Of a stretch of 64,000 bases of DNA, positions 29,618 through 39,868 are shown in pieces. Numbering within the stretch: position 1 is the stretch's first letter; each line of letters opens with the position of its first letter. The DNA comes from Gemmatimonadota bacterium (GTDB lineage Bacteria; Gemmatimonadota; Gemmatimonadetes; Longimicrobiales; Gaopeijiaceae): positions 5,542 through 69,541 of the forward strand of contig JAHEKN010000001.1 of NCBI GenBank assembly GCA_024638305.1, written 5' to 3'. Made by a program: the position numbers and the translations under genes. The notes beneath the pieces were generated by a model that did no database searches, was not told the DNA's origin, and worked only from the letters and a program-made list of their open reading frames with translations.

Positions 29618-29935
29618 TCAGGAGTCGGCGCCGTCCTCGTTCGAGCTGAACAGCTCCTGCTGGTTCCGGTCGCGCCATTCCTGCTCGCGACGGCCCTCTT
29701 CCTCGAGGCTCTTCCGGAGGATCTCCCGGACCCGCAGATCGCTCCGCAGCCCCGCGAGCAGCATCACCCCCATCCCCATGAGCAGCGCCCCGAACACGAC
29801 GACCGACACGGGCACGCGGGACATCCGAAACACCCAGAAGTCGAGCGAAACGAAGCTCCGCCCGTTGAGCACCGCGAACGCCGTGGACAGAACGAGCAAC
29901 AGAACGGCGGCGACCAGACCACCCTTTCCGATCAA
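29618..29935 (-). CDS. LapA-domain (DUF1049-like) small inner-membrane protein
   Basis: 105 aa with two TM helices (GGLVAAVLLLVLSTAFAVL; VPVSVVVFGALLMGMGVMLLAGL), then a charged coiled tail. The TTG start overlaps the miaB stop (TTGA). Confidence 0.55.
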   Translation of the reverse strand: MIGKGGLVAAVLLLVLSTAFAVLNGRSFVSLDFWVFRMSRVPVSVVVFGALLMGMGVMLLAGLRSDLRVREILRKSLEEEGRREQEWRDRNQQELFSSNEDGADS

Positions 29936-31383
29936 CGCTCCACCGCCGCTGTCGCCGGCTGACGCTCGGCGACGAACGTGGCTCCCGTGGTTCCGGTCAA
30001 CCGGACGCTCACGTACCGCCCCTCGAGGGATCCGCCGTCGGGGAACACGGCCACCTTGGCGCGCCGCGTGCGGCCCATCCAGGTCCCCGCATCACGCCCG
30101 CGACGCTCGACGAGCAACTCTTCGGCTCTGCCCACCTCGCCCCGATTTATCTCGGACTGGATCCCGCGACAGACGTCGATCAGCCGCTCGAGGCGGGCCT
30201 GCGCGACAGCGTCTGGGATGAACTGATCCGACGGCAGCCGCGTTGCAGGGGTCCCTTCTCGAGGCGAGTACTTGTACGTGAACGCGTCGTCGAACCGAAC
30301 CTCGTGCATCAGGGCGAGGGTGTCCTCGAACTCCTCCTCGCTTTCTCCCGGAAAACCTACGATCACGTCGGTGGACAGAGCGATGTCCGGAATGGCCTCC
30401 CTGACGCTGCGCACGGTTTCCAGGAAGCGCCCCACGGTGTAGCGCCGCAGCATTCGCTTGAGCGTGCGGTCGTTTCCGGACTGCACCGGGAGATGGAGCT
30501 GCTCGCAAACCGCGGGCTCCGTCGCCATCACTTCGATGAGCGCGGGCGTGACGTCGTTCGGGTGCGGGGACGTGAACCGCACGCGCCGGATGCCATCGAC
30601 CCGCGCCACTTTCCGCAGCAACCCGTGGAAGGGCACGCCAGCGCTCTCGTAGGAATTGACCGTCTGTCCGAGAAGCGTCACCTCGGTCACTCCGCCCGCC
30701 GCGATCCCGCGGATCTCGTTCAACACCTCCGTGACCGTCCGGTTCTTCTCCGGACCCCGCACGTAGGGGACGATACAAAACGTGCATCGGTGATCGCACC
30801 CACGCTGCACCGGCACCCAGGCCGCCACGGCCGAGCTGCGGCGCTGCTCGAGCCCCGCGTAGTTCTCACGGGGGTCCAGGTCGAGCACGGCCAACTGTTT
30901 CCTGACCGCCCGGGCAGCGGGACTGCGGACTGGGGTCGGAATGTCCCCGGGCTTCCGTCCCCGCAGTCGCTCGAGCTGCTCCGGGAGCGTCCGGTATCCG
31001 TCCGGCCCGATCACCAGGTCGACGTGCGGAGCCTGGCCGAGAAGCTCCTCCCCCAGCCGCTGCGCCATGCAACCCGCGACGCCGATGACCAACTCGGGGC
31101 GCTCCTCTCGCAACCCGTGGAGGTGGGCGACCCTGCCTAGAACCCGGCGCTCGGCGTGTTCCCGAATGGCGCAGGTGTTCACGATGATGACGTCGGCGTC
31201 CTCGGCCCGGTTCACGATCCGATACCCTTCGCCCTCGAGGATCCCCTCCATCAGCTCGCCGTCGCTGATGTTCATCTGGCACCCATACGTCTCGACGTAT
31301 GCGCCAGGGGCCCCACTTGGAGACGGACGGGCGCTATCGAGCTTGCTCGGGCGCTGAGATCGCTGGGCTGCGGTTCGTGGCAT
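29932..31383 (-). CDS. miaB: tRNA-2-methylthio-N6-dimethylallyladenosine synthase
   Basis: AYVETYGCQMNISDGELMEGIL...VNTCAIREHAE is the UPF0004 domain. GCDHRCTFCIVP is the radical-SAM CxxxCxxC motif. A C-terminal TRAM domain is present. Confidence 0.9.
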   Translation of the reverse strand: MPRTAAQRSQRPSKLDSARPSPSGAPGAYVETYGCQMNISDGELMEGILEGEGYRIVNRAEDADVIIVNTCAIREHAERRVLGRVAHLHGLREERPELVIGVAGCMAQRLGEELLGQAPHVDLVIGPDGYRTLPEQLERLRGRKPGDIPTPVRSPAARAVRKQLAVLDLDPRENYAGLEQRRSSAVAAWVPVQRGCDHRCTFCIVPYVRGPEKNRTVTEVLNEIRGIAAGGVTEVTLLGQTVNSYESAGVPFHGLLRKVARVDGIRRVRFTSPHPNDVTPALIEVMATEPAVCEQLHLPVQSGNDRTLKRMLRRYTVGRFLETVRSVREAIPDIALSTDVIVGFPGESEEEFEDTLALMHEVRFDDAFTYKYSPREGTPATRLPSDQFIPDAVAQARLERLIDVCRGIQSEINRGEVGRAEELLVERRGRDAGTWMGRTRRAKVAVFPDGGSLEGRYVSVRLTGTTGATFVAERQPATAAVER

Positions 31384-31418
31384 CGGACTGGAAGGGATCG
31401 CCGGTGTCGGACTCGCGA

Positions 31419-32780
31419 TCAGGCTTCTGCGATAGGGACCGGATCAATATACAGGCGGTCTGGAAGCCCCTGTAGGGTGGCGCGCACCAGCCCGGAGGTC
31501 GGACTCAGGCCGGTCCCGTGACGGACGGCTACGCGAAGGTAGTCCTCCGTGAGGCCCGTGGATCCGTCGCCTTCGACGACGACGACCGCCGCGCAACCGG
31601 CGCGGCGAGCCTGATGCGTCCGCCCCTTTTCCAGCGCGAGGGTCCGGAGATCACGGCTCCGCTCTCCCGCGATCCGCTGCGGCACCGGGTCCGGGAGGTC
31701 GGCCGCCACCGTTCCGGAACGGGGCGAAAAGGGGAAGACGTGCAGGTAGGTAAAAGGGAGCTCTTGCACGAGCTCGCGCGTGGCGATGTGGTCCGCCTCC
31801 GTCTCGCCGGGGAACCCGGTGATGATGTCGGCACCGAGCCCCAGGACAGGCAGCCGCTCCGCAATCCGTAGGGCACCGGCCCGGTACTGCTCCCGGGTGT
31901 GCCATCGGCGCATCGCACGCAGGACCGGGTCGGCGCCGCTCTGGAGCGGCATGTGCAGATGGGGCGCCAGGCGGCCCCCGCTGGTCGCGAGCAGCTCCAC
32001 GAGCCGATCGTCCACCTCCGTCGCTTCGATGCTGCCCAACCGCAGGCGGACGTCGGGGACCCGATCGAGGAGCAGCTGCACCAACCGGGACAGCGACAAT
32101 CCGGGGTCGAGGTCCCGCCCATAGTGCCCGATGTGGATGCCGGTGATCACGAGCTCGGGGTGGGACAAGGCGAGCAGGCCCGCCTCCCGGACGATCTCCT
32201 CGGGAGCGCGCGACCGGCTCTGTCCGCGAGCCAGTCGGGTCGCGCAGAAGGAGCACTTGCGGTCGCACCCGTCCTGGACCTTGAGCCACCCACGCGTCCG
32301 ACCCAGGCGCTGCCTGAGAATCTCTCCGCCGATGGGCTCGTGGTCGAGCTCGTGCCCCGTCCGGCGCGTGGTCAGCTGTACGAGTCCATCCGGGGCGCCC
32401 GACTCGAGGACGGCGACCGCCACGGACTCGGCGTCCGAGCCCTCCACCACCCGAGAGACCGGAGCCTGCTTCCGATACTCCGGCGCCCGGAGCGCTGCGG
32501 AGCAGCCCGCCACCACGACCGGGAGCCCGGGATGCTCCCGGCCCAACCTCGCGATGTACCGCCGGGCGTCCGCATCCGCCTGGTTCGTGACGGTGCAAGT
32601 ATTCACCACCGCGGCATCGGCGTGCGCGAGGGAATCGGTGGTCTCAGCGCCCCGCGCCTCCACCTCCTGACGCATCCGCTCGGTGTCGTACTGGTTGGCC
32701 TTGCATCCGAAGGTCTTGTAGTAGACCCGTGGCGGAGCCGTTCCTGGTGGAGTCTTCCGTCGCGGAGTGTCGTCCGTCAT
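31419..32780 (-). CDS. mtaB: MiaB-like radical-SAM methylthiotransferase (MtaB family)
   Basis: VYYKTFGCKANQYDTERMRQ...VNTCTVTNQADADARR, the radical-SAM motif GCDRKCSFCATR, and a TRAM-like C-terminus. The choice of MtaB over RimO rests on N-terminal motif resemblance only. Confidence 0.7.
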   Translation of the reverse strand: MTDDTPRRKTPPGTAPPRVYYKTFGCKANQYDTERMRQEVEARGAETTDSLAHADAAVVNTCTVTNQADADARRYIARLGREHPGLPVVVAGCSAALRAPEYRKQAPVSRVVEGSDAESVAVAVLESGAPDGLVQLTTRRTGHELDHEPIGGEILRQRLGRTRGWLKVQDGCDRKCSFCATRLARGQSRSRAPEEIVREAGLLALSHPELVITGIHIGHYGRDLDPGLSLSRLVQLLLDRVPDVRLRLGSIEATEVDDRLVELLATSGGRLAPHLHMPLQSGADPVLRAMRRWHTREQYRAGALRIAERLPVLGLGADIITGFPGETEADHIATRELVQELPFTYLHVFPFSPRSGTVAADLPDPVPQRIAGERSRDLRTLALEKGRTHQARRAGCAAVVVVEGDGSTGLTEDYLRVAVRHGTGLSPTSGLVRATLQGLPDRLYIDPVPIAEA

Positions 32781-32799
32781 GCGCGGGGCTCCCGGAACG

Positions 32800-33981
32800 T
32801 CAGCGGCCGGATACCTTCAGGGTCAGGGTCGCCCGCCAGAACTTCTCCTCGAGCGGATCGTCCGTCCGAGTACCCCGCTCGAGCGTGAAGTCCAGGGCCG
32901 CGAGCGGAAACTCCTCCACCTGCGCCAAGTTGAAGCCCAACCCGGCCGAGAGCGAGGATTCCACCGGGTCTGGGCCACCGCTCCCGAATGGAAGCTCGAG
33001 CCGCCGGTATCCGATCCGCACTGGCAAGGACCGCCCGAGGAACTGGGGGCCGCCCCACTCCATCCCGGCGCCGAAGCCGAGCGTCTGGCCGGCACTGCTG
33101 GTGGTATCGAGGACGGCATCCACGTTCGACCAGTCCGCGAGCTGGATCCCCACCGTGGCCATGAGCCGAGTCGTGAGGGCACCACTGGCGCCGAGCCGCA
33201 GGACGGACGGGAGCGCGAAGCTCAGCGTGCCGCCTTCGGTGTCGGGGCCAGGGTCGGCCTCCAGGTCGCCCGACCATCCCAGGCTCGCTCCGACACGAAC
33301 TTGCGGGATCGGATCGAATACGGCGCCCACGGTGAGGTGGCCACCGCCATACGTCCAACTGTCGGCGTCCTCGAACGGCGCGACACCGCTCGAGGCGGAC
33401 GCCGTGTCGAACGTGCGGGTGAAGCTGCGGTCCACTCTACCGGTGTACCGGCCGACCGTGACGCCGACGCCGACGGTCTCGGTGATCCGCCGCGCAAACC
33501 CCAGGTGCATTTGCGCTACGCCGCCATCGGACTCGAAGCGGTCCGTCCCCGCTACGGGGAGACCACCGATGGTGAACGTGCCCGGACGCTCCGCGGCCCA
33601 GCGCTGATCGAGGAAGGCGCCGTAGCTCGCGCTGAACACGCCGATTCCGGGGAACGGGTAGGCGATTCCGACGACCGGGAAGCGCGTGCCCCGCAGATCC
33701 CCACTGGCCGCGCCGCGGGAGTAGTCGCCCCAGGTCGGCTGCATCGTGGCCGTAATCATCGGGAGAACGATGTCGGCCATCCCGCCTGGGTCGTTCTGGC
33801 TGAGCGTGGCTCCGAAGAGGCCGGGCCCAGCCGCACCGAGAGCGCGCGCCCGCGAATCGACCGACTCGATCGGTACGCCCAGCCCCCCCGAGCCCACGAG
33901 CGATTGCGCAGTTGCCGCCGCCGGACCGAACCCGCCGGCAGCGACCGTGAGCAGTACACAGACGCAACGCGTGGGGGTCAT
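32800..33981 (-). CDS. Predicted outer-membrane beta-barrel protein, unknown function
   Basis: The last 393 codons of the chimeric ORF 32800..34803. The signal peptide is MTPTRCVCVLLTVAAGGFGPAAATAQS. There are many short alternating-hydrophobic strands rich in G/Y/F/W/R (VGIAYPF, GVFSASYGAF, HLGFARRI, VGVTVGRY, LTVGAVFD, LGFGAGMEWG, VRIGYRRLEL, LSAGLGFNL, WRATLTLKV). ATGA overlap with the upstream lipoprotein gene. Confidence 0.6.
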   Translation of the reverse strand: MTPTRCVCVLLTVAAGGFGPAAATAQSLVGSGGLGVPIESVDSRARALGAAGPGLFGATLSQNDPGGMADIVLPMITATMQPTWGDYSRGAASGDLRGTRFPVVGIAYPFPGIGVFSASYGAFLDQRWAAERPGTFTIGGLPVAGTDRFESDGGVAQMHLGFARRITETVGVGVTVGRYTGRVDRSFTRTFDTASASSGVAPFEDADSWTYGGGHLTVGAVFDPIPQVRVGASLGWSGDLEADPGPDTEGGTLSFALPSVLRLGASGALTTRLMATVGIQLADWSNVDAVLDTTSSAGQTLGFGAGMEWGGPQFLGRSLPVRIGYRRLELPFGSGGPDPVESSLSAGLGFNLAQVEEFPLAALDFTLERGTRTDDPLEEKFWRATLTLKVSGR

Positions 33982-35291
33982 CGCAGGCCCACCGTCTGAG
34001 GGATGGTCAGTACCAGCCGGAGCCTCGGGGGCGTGTCGCCATCCGGCCCCGCGAACGCGGCCAGCCCGAGCGAGCTCGGCTCGGACAGCGCCAGCAGCGC
34101 GATCGTCGGGGACGTCGCCGCCTCGCCGTCGGCAGGCTCGCTCAGCAGGGCTTTCACGTGCTCCGTAATGGGGAGGCGGAGCTCGATGCCGCCCGTGGCG
34201 CCGAAGTAGCTGGGCAGGAGCCGTACCCCGTCGGTGAAGCCAGCCCCCAGCGGAGACTTGGGCAGGCGCTCGGGTGCCAGCACGGGGAGCGCGATCATGG
34301 TGATCGTGTCGGTCGGCTGGAACGAGCCAGGACTGGGCGCCGTGTTGAGGAGGATCGTGGCCGACGTCACGAAGTCGGGGTCCAGAGTCAGGGGGCATCC
34401 GACCGCGGCGCAGAGCTCCGGGGGGCCATCCAGGGTCTCGGGCACGGACATCGTGAACACGGTGCGCCAGGCCGGCGCGCCCCCCACCCAGATGTCGCCT
34501 GGCCGGGGCTGGGGCTGGGGGTCGTAGATGAAGGTCTGGTCTTCGAGGCCCACGGCGACCGCGACGACGGTGTCCGGATTGGACGCCGGCCGGGCCCGCA
34601 CGCTGAGAGCGACCCCCCGGACCGCCACCAAGGAGCCGCTGGTACCGCTCGACAGGCGGACGCCCCGAGTCAGATCGGTCGTGTCCGTCCAACGCGCCAC
34701 GGTCGCCGAGTCGATGGTGACCCGAATGGTGTCGAGGGCCTGTGCGGGGTCCCACGTGACCACGGCGACCGGGTCTGCCGGGTCCGCCCCCGGCCCGCCC
34801 CACGGGACGGATTCACCCACCGAGTCGATCGCCAGGGTCCATCCTGCGGACGTGGAGGACCACCGGGTCCGTAGCGAGGCAAACTCGATCTCGGTCGCGC
34901 CGGAGACCGTGGATTGCAGCGTATCGACGATCACGAGCATCGACCCGCCGAGGAACGTCAGCGTGGAATCGGTGACGGTGGCGCCCGTCGTGTCCTGAAC
35001 GACGACCCCGCGCGGCGGCCCACCGAACCGGATCAGGGTGCGCGCGTTGAGCGCCGCGGCCTCGAAGTCGTGGGCCACGTAACTCAGGACACCCCCGAAC
35101 CGAAACGCGTTCTTGTTGCCGTAGCCGCCATAGAGGGCCAGGCCGGTCGCGAAGTCCTGATAGTCGAAATCGATCTCGACGGTCGTCGGAGTCGTCGGCA
35201 CGAGGTCTCCGCCGAAATCGGTCGGGGTCTCGTTCTGACAGCCGAGGACCCCGAGCACGAGAACGGGGAACATCGCCCGATGGGGGCTCAT
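33978..35291 (-). CDS. Predicted lipoprotein, unknown function
   Basis: ORF 33978..35375. The ATG at 35291 gives MSPHRAMFPVLVLGVLGCQNE, a signal peptide plus lipobox. I recognise no catalytic motifs. Composition is beta-rich (T/V/G/A). Its stop overlaps the start of the beta-barrel gene (ATGA). Confidence 0.55.
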   Translation of the reverse strand: MSPHRAMFPVLVLGVLGCQNETPTDFGGDLVPTTPTTVEIDFDYQDFATGLALYGGYGNKNAFRFGGVLSYVAHDFEAAALNARTLIRFGGPPRGVVVQDTTGATVTDSTLTFLGGSMLVIVDTLQSTVSGATEIEFASLRTRWSSTSAGWTLAIDSVGESVPWGGPGADPADPVAVVTWDPAQALDTIRVTIDSATVARWTDTTDLTRGVRLSSGTSGSLVAVRGVALSVRARPASNPDTVVAVAVGLEDQTFIYDPQPQPRPGDIWVGGAPAWRTVFTMSVPETLDGPPELCAAVGCPLTLDPDFVTSATILLNTAPSPGSFQPTDTITMIALPVLAPERLPKSPLGAGFTDGVRLLPSYFGATGGIELRLPITEHVKALLSEPADGEAATSPTIALLALSEPSSLGLAAFAGPDGDTPPRLRLVLTIPQTVGLR

Positions 35292-35358
35292 GACGCGGCG
35301 CGGGTGCGGCGAGTCGACAGTCTCGGCGCCCTTCGTCGGGCGCCGCGGGTTGGTCGCG

Positions 35359-36480
35359 TCACGATCCTCCGTCATCGATCCAGATTCTCGGAACCCGGGA
35401 CGTGATCCCGGTCAGTATCTCGTAGCTGATGGTGTCGGCCTGGCGAGCCACGTCGTCGGGGCTGATCTCCCCCGAGCCGTCGCGGCCCATGAAGGTAACC
35501 ACATCCCCCCGCTCCACTCCTTCCAGTCCGCTGATGTCTACCACCGTCACGTCCATCGAGATCCGTCCGATGATCGGCACGCGTCGGCCCCGGATGAGGC
35601 CATGTCCGCGGTTCCCGAGTGCGCGCGGCAGGCCGTCGCCGTAACCCAGCCCGACGGTGGCCCAGCGCTCCCACTCGGCGGCCCGGTATGTGGCGCCGTA
35701 TCCGACCGTGGCGCCGGGCGGGGCGTCCCGTATGAGCAGGATCCGGGCTCGCAGGGTTGCCACTGGCGCGGGATCGGGCAGGCCGTCACCCGCACGGCCG
35801 CCGTACATGAAGATCCCCGGCCGGATGGCGCCGGCGGCCAGACCGGGGAAGCGGAGGGCGGCGGCGCTGTTGCAAGCGTGAACGAGGACGTCGTCCCCGA
35901 GAGGCGACAACGCAGCCAGAGTGTCCTGGAATCGCTGCCACTGCTGATCCACCGCCGCGCCGGACGCGAGATCGGCCGAGTGGAAGTGCGTGAACACACC
36001 GGACCACCGGAGCTCGGTAGCCGCGGCCCGCACGGTGGGCCCCCACTCCCCGACCCGTCTCCAATCCAGGCCCGCCCGCCCCATGCCAGTGTCCACCTCC
36101 AGGTGGAACGCGGCCCGGCCCCGCCCCACCCGGCGGATTTCCGCTAGCGCATCCGGATCGGAGATGGACAGCTCGAGGTGGGCGTCCACCGCATCGCCGA
36201 TCGACCCGTGCGGCACGGGGCTCATGACGACGACGCGTCGCTCGACGCCGGCTTCCCGGAGCCGCAGGCCTTCGTCCACGGTCGCCACGCCAAGCGCGAG
36301 CGGGGCGACCGGCTCGAGCGCGCGGGCGGCTCGGAGCATTCCGAGACCGTAGCCGTCCGCCTTGATCATCGGGATGAGGCCGACCCCTTCGGGGAGTCCG
36401 GACCGTAAGGTCTCGAGGTTGGCGCGGAGCGCCGACGCGCTGACCTCGAGCCAGGCGCGGGTGCGCGGCTCCGTTGACAT
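35359..36480 (-). CDS. alr: Alanine racemase
   Basis: AWLEVSASALRANLETLR...LIPMIKADGYGLG carries the PLP lysine. GATYRA...VGLGYGDG...GRISMD are further Alr motifs. ATG at 36480 lies inside ORF 35359..36594. Confidence 0.9.
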   Translation of the reverse strand: MSTEPRTRAWLEVSASALRANLETLRSGLPEGVGLIPMIKADGYGLGMLRAARALEPVAPLALGVATVDEGLRLREAGVERRVVVMSPVPHGSIGDAVDAHLELSISDPDALAEIRRVGRGRAAFHLEVDTGMGRAGLDWRRVGEWGPTVRAAATELRWSGVFTHFHSADLASGAAVDQQWQRFQDTLAALSPLGDDVLVHACNSAAALRFPGLAAGAIRPGIFMYGGRAGDGLPDPAPVATLRARILLIRDAPPGATVGYGATYRAAEWERWATVGLGYGDGLPRALGNRGHGLIRGRRVPIIGRISMDVTVVDISGLEGVERGDVVTFMGRDGSGEISPDDVARQADTISYEILTGITSRVPRIWIDDGGS

Positions 36481-36483
36481 GCG

Positions 36484-37371
36484 GTGGGAAGATGGAGAGA
36501 AATACCCCCTCAGCAACCCCGCCGGGACCGGTCCCGGCTGCGCCCACTCGCACGGACGGCCGTCGTGTCCACGACCCCTCGCACGCCCGATCACTCCCCC
36601 GACTCCGAGCCGGACGCGCCTCGATCGGCTACGCTCGATCGGGCGCTAGACCTGGTCCGCTTCCTGCGCGCTAGCTGCGAGTGGGATGCGGAACAGACAC
36701 CGGAGTCGCTCGTTCGGCACCTGCTCGAGGAGTCCCACGAGGTGGCGGACGCCATCCACGGAGGAAGCCCACAGACGCTGGCCGGCGAGCTCGGTGACCT
36801 GCTCCTCAACCTCGCCTTCCAGATCGTGATTGCGGAGGAGCGCCGCCAGTTCGACGCCGAAGCCGTGGTCGCCGCGCTCGAGGGCAAGATGAAGCGGCGG
36901 CATCCGCACCTGTACGGGCTCGGTGACCAGGTCCCGTGGGACGAGCTCAAGGCCCGCGAGCGGTCGGATGGGGAAAGCGCCCTCGACGGCGTCCCGGAGG
37001 GGTACGATCCCCTCCACAAGGCGTATCGACTGGGGGAGCTGGCCAGCGGTGTGGGCTTCGATTGGCCGAGGCCGGAGCCGGCCCTCGACAAGGTCGGGGA
37101 GGAGGTCGAGGAGATCCGTGCGTCGCTCGGGTCGGGAGAGGGCCTTGCCGACGAGCTCGGCGACCTCCTCTTCGCAGCCGTCAACGTGGTGCGACTGGCG
37201 GGGCACCAGCCGGGCGTGGTCCTGGAACGCGCCAACCGGAAGTTCAGCGAGCGGTTCCGCAGGGTGGAATCACTCGTACAGGCGTCGGGTCAGCGGCTCG
37301 ATGCGCTGGATCTCGCGGGGCTCGACGCGCTGTGGGAGCAGGTCAAGCGGGAAGAAGGGGATGGTCAGTAG
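36484..37371 (+). CDS. mazG: Nucleoside triphosphate pyrophosphohydrolase MazG
   Basis: LDRALDLVRFLRASCEWDAEQTPESLVRHLLEESHEVADAI...LGDLLLNLAF, and a second MazG repeat ELGDLLFAAVNVVRLAG. The start is uncertain: GTG at 36484 is only 3 nt from the divergent alr ATG, so in-frame GTG at 36565 is more plausible. Confidence 0.8.
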   Translation: MGRWREIPPQQPRRDRSRLRPLARTAVVSTTPRTPDHSPDSEPDAPRSATLDRALDLVRFLRASCEWDAEQTPESLVRHLLEESHEVADAIHGGSPQTLAGELGDLLLNLAFQIVIAEERRQFDAEAVVAALEGKMKRRHPHLYGLGDQVPWDELKARERSDGESALDGVPEGYDPLHKAYRLGELASGVGFDWPRPEPALDKVGEEVEEIRASLGSGEGLADELGDLLFAAVNVVRLAGHQPGVVLERANRKFSERFRRVESLVQASGQRLDALDLAGLDALWEQVKREEGDGQ

Positions 37372-38396
37372 CCCGCCTCTTTGTCGACGATGTTGCGGAG
37401 GCCCTCCCCCCGCCGGTATCGGCCGATGTTCTCCACGATCAGCTCTGTCTCGCGCAGCCAGAACCGGTCCGTGACGGCGGACACGTGGGGCGTGATCAGC
37501 ACGGTGGGAAGCGTCCACAGCGGACTCTCCGGCGCGAGCGGCTCCTTTCGGAACACGTCCAGTCCGGCTCCGCGCAGCCGCCCCTCACGCAGTGCCTCGG
37601 CCAGGGCCCCCTCGTCCACGAGGTGCCCGCGGGCCACGTTGACCACCACGGCGGATGGCCTCATGCGGGCAATCTGGTCGGCCCCGATCAGCCCCTCGCT
37701 CTCGCTGGTGCCGGGGGCCGCGAGCACCAAGTAGTCGCTCTCCGCCAGCAGGCGCTCGAGTCCCGCGGGACCCCAGAGGACTTCGCCGGCCTCGATGGAC
37801 TCGGCCAGTGGCCGGCGGCGGAGGGCCAGAGTCCGGCACCCCAAAGCGGAGACCCGGCGGTGGACCGCACGGCCGATGCCGCCGAAGCCCACGATCCCCA
37901 CGACGGCCCCCGCGAGCTCACGTGGCGGATGGTCCCCATCGTAGAACGGTGCCTTGTCCCACGCTCCCACGGACTGTGCGCGCACCGCCGCGTCGAATCC
38001 GCGAGCGAAGTACAGGAGCATCCCCAACACGGTGTCGGCAATGGGCTCCGCGTGGATGCCGGCGGAGTTGGTGAACAGCACGTCGCGAGCCCGCATGGTC
38101 GGGGTCAGGGATCCGTACACGCCCGCGGATCCCGAGTGGACCCAGCGGAGGCCGACGCCCGCGTCCAGGATGCCCTCCGGGATGCCGTATCCCATGTAGA
38201 CCTCGGCGTCCCGGACGGCGTCGAGCACCTCGGGGTGAATGCGGCCACCCCCGTCCCCGGACCCGTCCGACACCGCTTCGATCTCGCGCAGCGTCCAATT
38301 CGGTCCGAGCGCGTCCCGGACCGCATTCGGGACCCAGGGCGGCATGGCCCAGACGGGGCGGCGATCCTTCAGGTCCAGGACCAGGAGTCGGCTCAT
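37365..38396 (-). CDS. D-isomer-specific 2-hydroxyacid dehydrogenase family protein (NAD-binding)
   Basis: VGIVGFGGIGRAVHRRVSALG is the Rossmann GxGxxG. VNVARGHLVDEGAL...GAGLDVF..EPL...LITPHVS carries the catalytic R/E/H pattern. Its stop overlaps the convergent mazG stop by 7 nt. Confidence 0.8.
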   Translation of the reverse strand: MSRLLVLDLKDRRPVWAMPPWVPNAVRDALGPNWTLREIEAVSDGSGDGGGRIHPEVLDAVRDAEVYMGYGIPEGILDAGVGLRWVHSGSAGVYGSLTPTMRARDVLFTNSAGIHAEPIADTVLGMLLYFARGFDAAVRAQSVGAWDKAPFYDGDHPPRELAGAVVGIVGFGGIGRAVHRRVSALGCRTLALRRRPLAESIEAGEVLWGPAGLERLLAESDYLVLAAPGTSESEGLIGADQIARMRPSAVVVNVARGHLVDEGALAEALREGRLRGAGLDVFRKEPLAPESPLWTLPTVLITPHVSAVTDRFWLRETELIVENIGRYRRGEGLRNIVDKEAGY

Positions 38397-38427
38397 ACGA
38401 GATGGCCCCGCGGTCGGAGACGCTTGC

Positions 38428-39729
<1,302 letters not shown>

Positions 39730-39796
39730 GGTCGGCCTGTGTGGAGGATCGCGCGGGACGCCCCCGGCGCGTTGGTCGGAAGCCCGTCGAGCGGGC

Positions 39797-39830
39797 GAGC
39801 CACCGGCCCCGGGGCCCCCGCCGGCGGCTC
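39797..39830 (-). terminator. GC-rich hairpin downstream of recG (possible terminator or RNA-stabilising stem)
   Basis: On the minus strand: GAGCCGCCGGC-(12 nt)-GCCGGTGGCTC, an 11-bp stem with one G-U pair. There is no clear T-tract, so terminator function is uncertain. Confidence 0.3.
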
Positions 39831-39868
39831 GGAAGGTGGACAGCGCACGACACCCGTGTCAACGACGC

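Noticed and set aside
37365-37371. Convergent stop-codon overlap of mazG and the dehydrogenase gene (7 nt). There is also a 6-nt gap between the convergent NFACT and HD-GYP genes (2433-2438), with no terminator hairpins.
   Set aside because: This is real in the sequence, but it is a common feature of compact high-GC genomes, and I cannot attach a specific biological hypothesis to it.
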